NCBI GenBank assembly: GCA_002269645.1
Contig: NIVC01000109.1
Location: forward strand, 124,001-188,000
Length of the DNA stretch: 64,000 nt
Source: Macrostomum lignano
Taxonomy: Eukaryota
Reading direction: 5' to 3'
This document shows positions 59,874 to 64,000 of the stretch, piece after piece. Below the pieces are notes generated by a model that was given only the letters and a program-made list of their open reading frames with translations, was not told where the DNA came from and searched no databases. Position 1 is the first letter of the stretch, and each line of letters begins with the position of its first letter. The translations under genes and the position numbers were made by a program.

Positions 59874-60487
59874 TGCAACAGCGAGGACTTGGCCAAGCCG
59901 GGCAGCACACCATAGTACACCCCAGACTCGCTGCTGTAACCGTCTGACGCGTAACCTCCGCGGTGCCGATCGCCTCTGCTGCCGCCGTTTCGAGTCGCTT
60001 CGTCCGCGGAGTCGGACGGCCCGCCGCACCAGCCCTGACCGCCGAGCAGTCGCAGCCGCGAGTACGGACTGCCGGCACCGTCGCTGCCTCCATCGTAGCG
60101 TCGCTGCTGATGCTGACCGGACGTGGCCACTAGCCGCTGGCGCCGCTCCAGCTTGCTCAGCAGCTGCGAGTACCGATCATCGGTGCTGCCGGCCGAGCCG
60201 CTGTCGCCTGCGCAACCTGGCGAGAACTGAACCCGACGCTGGATTCGCTGCCGCAGCTGCTCGGACAGCTGGTAGCCGCCAGCGTCTGTCACCGTTTTTA
60301 CAGTCGACGCTGTTGAAGTTTTTGTCTCGGCGGCTTGAGCTCGACTTTCGCCGCAGGAGCTGACGGTCTGAGGTTGCTTGGCCTCGACAGTCTTGGCTGC
60401 CGACGCCTTCTCCTTGGCGCCGGCGGGGCTGCAGCGGCTGTCCCGAGTTTTGTCCCGGTCGCGGAACTGCCTGAGTCGTTCCAGCAT
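52706..60487 (-). CDS. NAV: Neuron navigator / unc-53 / sickie-like protein (coiled coil + AAA ATPase), no CH domain in the reconstructed CDS
   Basis: Exons 59823-60487, 57728-59046, 54593-54956, 53854-54165 and 52706-52928. Motifs EIRQLRRELAEA..SAFE..L, LVPKAVLQRY, Walker A GPTGTGKT across the exon 2/3 junction, FRWLLCANHLEPV, LWNHSLAP and WEDPADWV..WPW..DPLMTMLMKLREAA. Confidence 0.92.
52950..53816. repeat. 21-bp minisatellite (GGTTGGACTGGTTTTGTCTAT)n filling NAV intron 4
   Basis: About 41 units. Confidence 0.96.
54236..54553. repeat. 7-bp repeat (CACAGTA/CACAGCA)n in NAV intron 3
   Basis: Direct reading. Confidence 0.95.
55095..55858. repeat. GA-rich degenerate minisatellite in NAV intron 2
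   Basis: GAGGAGATGAGAGGG-like units. Confidence 0.92.
56684..57670. repeat. 16-bp minisatellite (TCAGGTTCCCCCTCCT)n in NAV intron 2
   Basis: About 60 units with higher-order repeats. Confidence 0.95.
59118..59690. repeat. 20-bp (GACACCCAGCTGACTCCTCT)n array followed by a degenerate 21-bp (TCCTTTCCTGACACC..) array in NAV intron 1
   Basis: Direct reading: 59118-59458 and ~59500-59690. Confidence 0.9.
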
Positions 60488-61587
60488 GGCTTAATTCGAC
60501 TGTTGAAGCTTTAGCTGTGGTTGCTGTGAGCTTGGGCCCAGTTCCAGCGCACACATGCAGCTAAAACTCTGCCTTGTTTCGGCTGAGAGGCATGTGGCCC
60601 AGTTGCTGGATCTGACGCAGACTGCAGTCCCTCTTTCACTCTCGTTTTGTCTCCGCCGTCTGTCTGCAGTTTTCTTCTTGTAGCCTCTGGAAAGAGAGAG
60701 AGAGAGCCTGCGAATGAGAAGGCCTGAATGTTGATAGGTCTGAAATGTTGCACCCCAAACACATTCTGCAACAGCTCGGATTTGAAATGAGAGAAATAAC
60801 CGGCCTTACCTGGAATGCTTCGCAGTAGAATTTTTTTAATTGGCCTTAATTGCCTCCGACAGCGGTTACGTTTTGCGAGAACCGGGCCAGTCCTTGCCAC
60901 TTGCCGGAGCAAAGATTCTGGAAGCCAAGGCTTGCCTGGACTTGGCGCTCCCCCTCCAAATTGCGATAGAATTTGCAGGGTCGAGGAACAGCAACTCTGC
61001 TTTTGAGGGGGGGGGAGGAGGGCAGAAGGAGGGGAATCTCTTCGTATCAAAGCGGATCCGAGGCTCTTGTCTCTACAGCAGGGCAGGGGGGGGGAATCCT
61101 TTCCTCTCGCCAATAATATCCCCCTGCCGCGCTTATTCACTCCTCTCGCCCGCGCAAGTTGTGTGTGGCTTATGACTCATCGGCTGTCTGTCCATTCACC
61201 CCCTCCCCGCAACCCTCGCTTACGGCTGGACCGGCAACTCTCTCGCGTTCCCGTACGCAGCGACTGAGGAGGGCTCGCCAGCAGGTCCTTGGGACTGGCC
61301 GGGAGGGAGAGGGGGAGAAAGAATTAGTCGGATTTAGGGAATATACAGAGAATTTTCGGTACTCCCTTGTCGGGATCTCCAACCTCCTTGCTTCATCTCT
61401 TTCAGTACCCTCCATCCAGGGATGAAGATGGACTTAAAATGCTTCCCAAAAATGTTCTCAAACTTCAAAGGGCGCCAGATGGTCAACCCGATACGGAGTT
61501 TGAATTCCCAGCTTCAGTGCAGCAGAGGTCATCGGGTCAGGTCAGGTGAATCTAAATTGAAGCGGCTGGCTATTCGAAAAATTTTAG

Positions 61588-61643
61588 TCAGTCAGTCAGT
61601 GAGTCAGTCAGTCAGTCAGTTAGTTAATTAGTTAGTTAATTAT

Positions 61644-61674
<31 letters not shown>

Positions 61675-61696
61675 TTTAGTTATTTAGTCAGTTAGG

Positions 61697-61740
<44 letters not shown>

Positions 61741-61741
61741 C

Positions 61742-61774
<33 letters not shown>

Positions 61775-61781
61775 TTTAGTC

Positions 61782-61826
<45 letters not shown>

Positions 61827-61833
61827 TTTAGTC

Positions 61834-61864
<31 letters not shown>

Positions 61865-61912
61865 CAGTTAGTTAGTTAGTTAGTTAGTTATTTAGTTATT
61901 TAGTCAGTTAGG

Positions 61913-61962
<50 letters not shown>

Positions 61963-62187
61963 TTTAGTCAGTTAGTTAGTTAGTTAGTTAGTCAGTTAGT
62001 TAGTTGGTTAGTTAGTTAGTTATTTAGTCAATTAGTTAGTTAGTTAGTTAGTTAGTCAGTTAGTTAGTTAGTTAGTTAGTTGGTTAGTTAGTCAGTTAGT
62101 TGGTTAGTTAGTCAGTTAGTTAGTTAGTTAGTTGGTTAGTTAGTCACTTAGTTAGTTGGTTAGTTAGTCAGTTAGTCAGTCAGTCAG
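61588..62187. repeat. (TTAG)n microsatellite with TCAG/TTAT/TTGG variants
   Basis: Direct reading. Confidence 0.95.
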
Positions 62188-62675
62188 TCGCAGCAACAGC
62201 TGCAGTCGCGCAACCCAAGCGGTGATGCATAAGAAACGCAGTCCCGCTCTTCTCCACCCAGCTCCCTACACGGCCCTGCACAGAACCAGCCTGCAGCCGA
62301 CCAAAATTATTGCTGTTAAGCTGCTTGGCTGCCTCCTGCCAGCCTCCGGCTGAGAGACGATGGGCCTGCACTGAGTTTTTAACCTCCCCCACAAGCCATA
62401 TTAGTTTTTTCTGGTATTTTTGTAATCAATTCAAATTCCCCAGACATTCGGGGAGCACCCCATCCTACTCGTAAGCCAAGCGGGATAAGTGCGCCAATCC
62501 AGGCACACGCTTCTATTATCGTTTTTTATTTGATTCGGAAATGAGAACGACCGAAAACTCCATGAAAAAAACGATTTTGAGACTGAAGAATCAAATTTTA
62601 TTCACAGAATTCGGAGCCTTCAATATCTTTCAGTGAAGCACGAAGCTGGGAAGCGCAGGTGATAAACATGAGTTG

Positions 62676-63053
62676 GAACAAGCACACAGGTGTTTAAGCA
62701 TGATTGTGAACGAGCACGCAGGTGTTTAAGCATGGTTGTTAACAAGCACGCAGGTGTTTAGTTTAAGCATGATTGTCAACAAGCACGCAGGTGGTTAAGC
62801 ATGGTTGTTAACAAGCATGCAGGTGTTTAAGCATGGTTGTTAACAAGCACACAGGTGTTTAAGCATGATTGTGAACAAGCACGCAGGTGTTTAAGCATGA
62901 TTCTGAACAAGCACACAGGTGTTTAAGCATGATTGTGAACAAGCACGCAGGTGTTTAAGCATGATTGTGAACAAGCACACAGGTGTTTAAGCATGATTGT
63001 GAACAAGCACGCAGGTGTTTAAGCATGGTTATCAACAAGCGCGCAGGTGTTTA
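62676..63053. repeat. 32-bp minisatellite (AACAAGCACGCAGGTGTTTAAGCATGATTGTG)n
   Basis: About 11-12 units. Confidence 0.93.
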
Positions 63054-64000
63054 AGTGCATGTCACGCTTTATAAGCATTCTTGAAATTTCTACATTCAGG
63101 TACACTTTTCCCTTAGCTTTAAATTAGCTTATTAGCTAAATAAAGTTACATGCAATATGCAAATGGAAACAATCACAGACCTTACTAAGACATTTGCCCC
63201 TTCTTAACGAGCAGCCCTTAAAGTCCCTCCCTGCATCAACGGATCATGCCGACGAATCTCGGTGGAAAGGTGAAGCTGGGCCGCTGCGCCTCTCATCTTT
63301 GATATTCAAGCAGCCGAAAGGCAGAAATAAAATGGCAGAAACTTTCTTCCGCTCCTCCAGAAGATAAAACGGATTACAATTTAGAAGTCTGATAATTTCC
63401 ACGCTCTGGCATCATCAGCAACCCGGCAGGGGGGGGGGATGGTTGGGATTCTTTTCCCACTTTTCCTACTCCGCTCCCCAATTTTCGTGGTCATGGCGGG
63501 GCTCTCGCTTCAATTATCCCCCGAAAGATTGAGGGCTGCACGCGAGCAGGAGAGAGAGAGAGGGAGATGTAAGCAGAGAGATTTCACCGCGGAAAGAATC
63601 AATGTTCTTTTGCGTCGGGCCGTTGGGGTTAGGGTTGCACTGCTTGGCCCTGACCATTGCGTAGTAGCCCACAGGTAGACAGACACCTTAAGCTGATGTC
63701 GGTTCTGCAGCTTGGCGTTGAAAGCAATTCACCCCACACCCCGTGTATTACCCCTTAGATTAGAGAAAGTTCATCGAATTACGCGATGAAGGAGCGGCTT
63801 GCCGAATCCTCCCGAGGTGAGAGAGGAGAAGGGCGAAACTCTTAACTGCGCATATTGGCCGGGCTGTGTGGAATGGCGATCAGTTATTGGAAAAATTCCA
63901 CACCTTGTTAGGATTGCGCAGCCTATATTGGGTGTTATAAAAGTTGCCATCCGCAAAAAAGAACACCACATCAGCTTCAAAGATGAAGCACCCCTTTATA

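Noticed and set aside
61588-62187. Telomere-like repeat
   Set aside because: The unit is TTAG, not TTAGG or TTAGGG; it is interstitial and interrupted, so an ordinary microsatellite.

Overview
Eukaryotic (invertebrate metazoan) genomic DNA. The compact spliceosomal genes and minisatellite-filled introns resemble a free-living flatworm such as Macrostomum, but that attribution is inference. Six multi-exon protein genes can be reconstructed by hand from GT/AG (and GC/AG) sites and protein motifs. (1) A + strand F-type-lectin-like / ~8x Ig-like / TM receptor, 5' end outside the window. (2) Its diverged tail-to-tail paralog on the - strand, which carries a PIF/Harbinger transposon in its pre-TM intron. 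(3) A DNMBP/ARHGEF37-38-like DH-BAR-SH3 RhoGEF (-). (4) An anion-selective Cys-loop receptor subunit (-) with two duplicated 68-nt mutually exclusive exons. (5) A TARP/stargazin (+) ending in TTPV. (6) A neuron navigator/unc-53 AAA protein (-). Mobile elements include the Harbinger, tRNA-derived CORE-like SINEs, hAT-like MITEs and a truncated LTR element. Roughly 30% of the window is tandem repeat, mostly one private array per intron, and most long ORFs in the supplied track are artefacts of these arrays. Best leads: the lectin-Ig receptor pair, the mutually exclusive loop-2 exons, a minisatellite that multiplies an in-frame splice donor, and a pure (CUA)n tract running into a 3' splice site.
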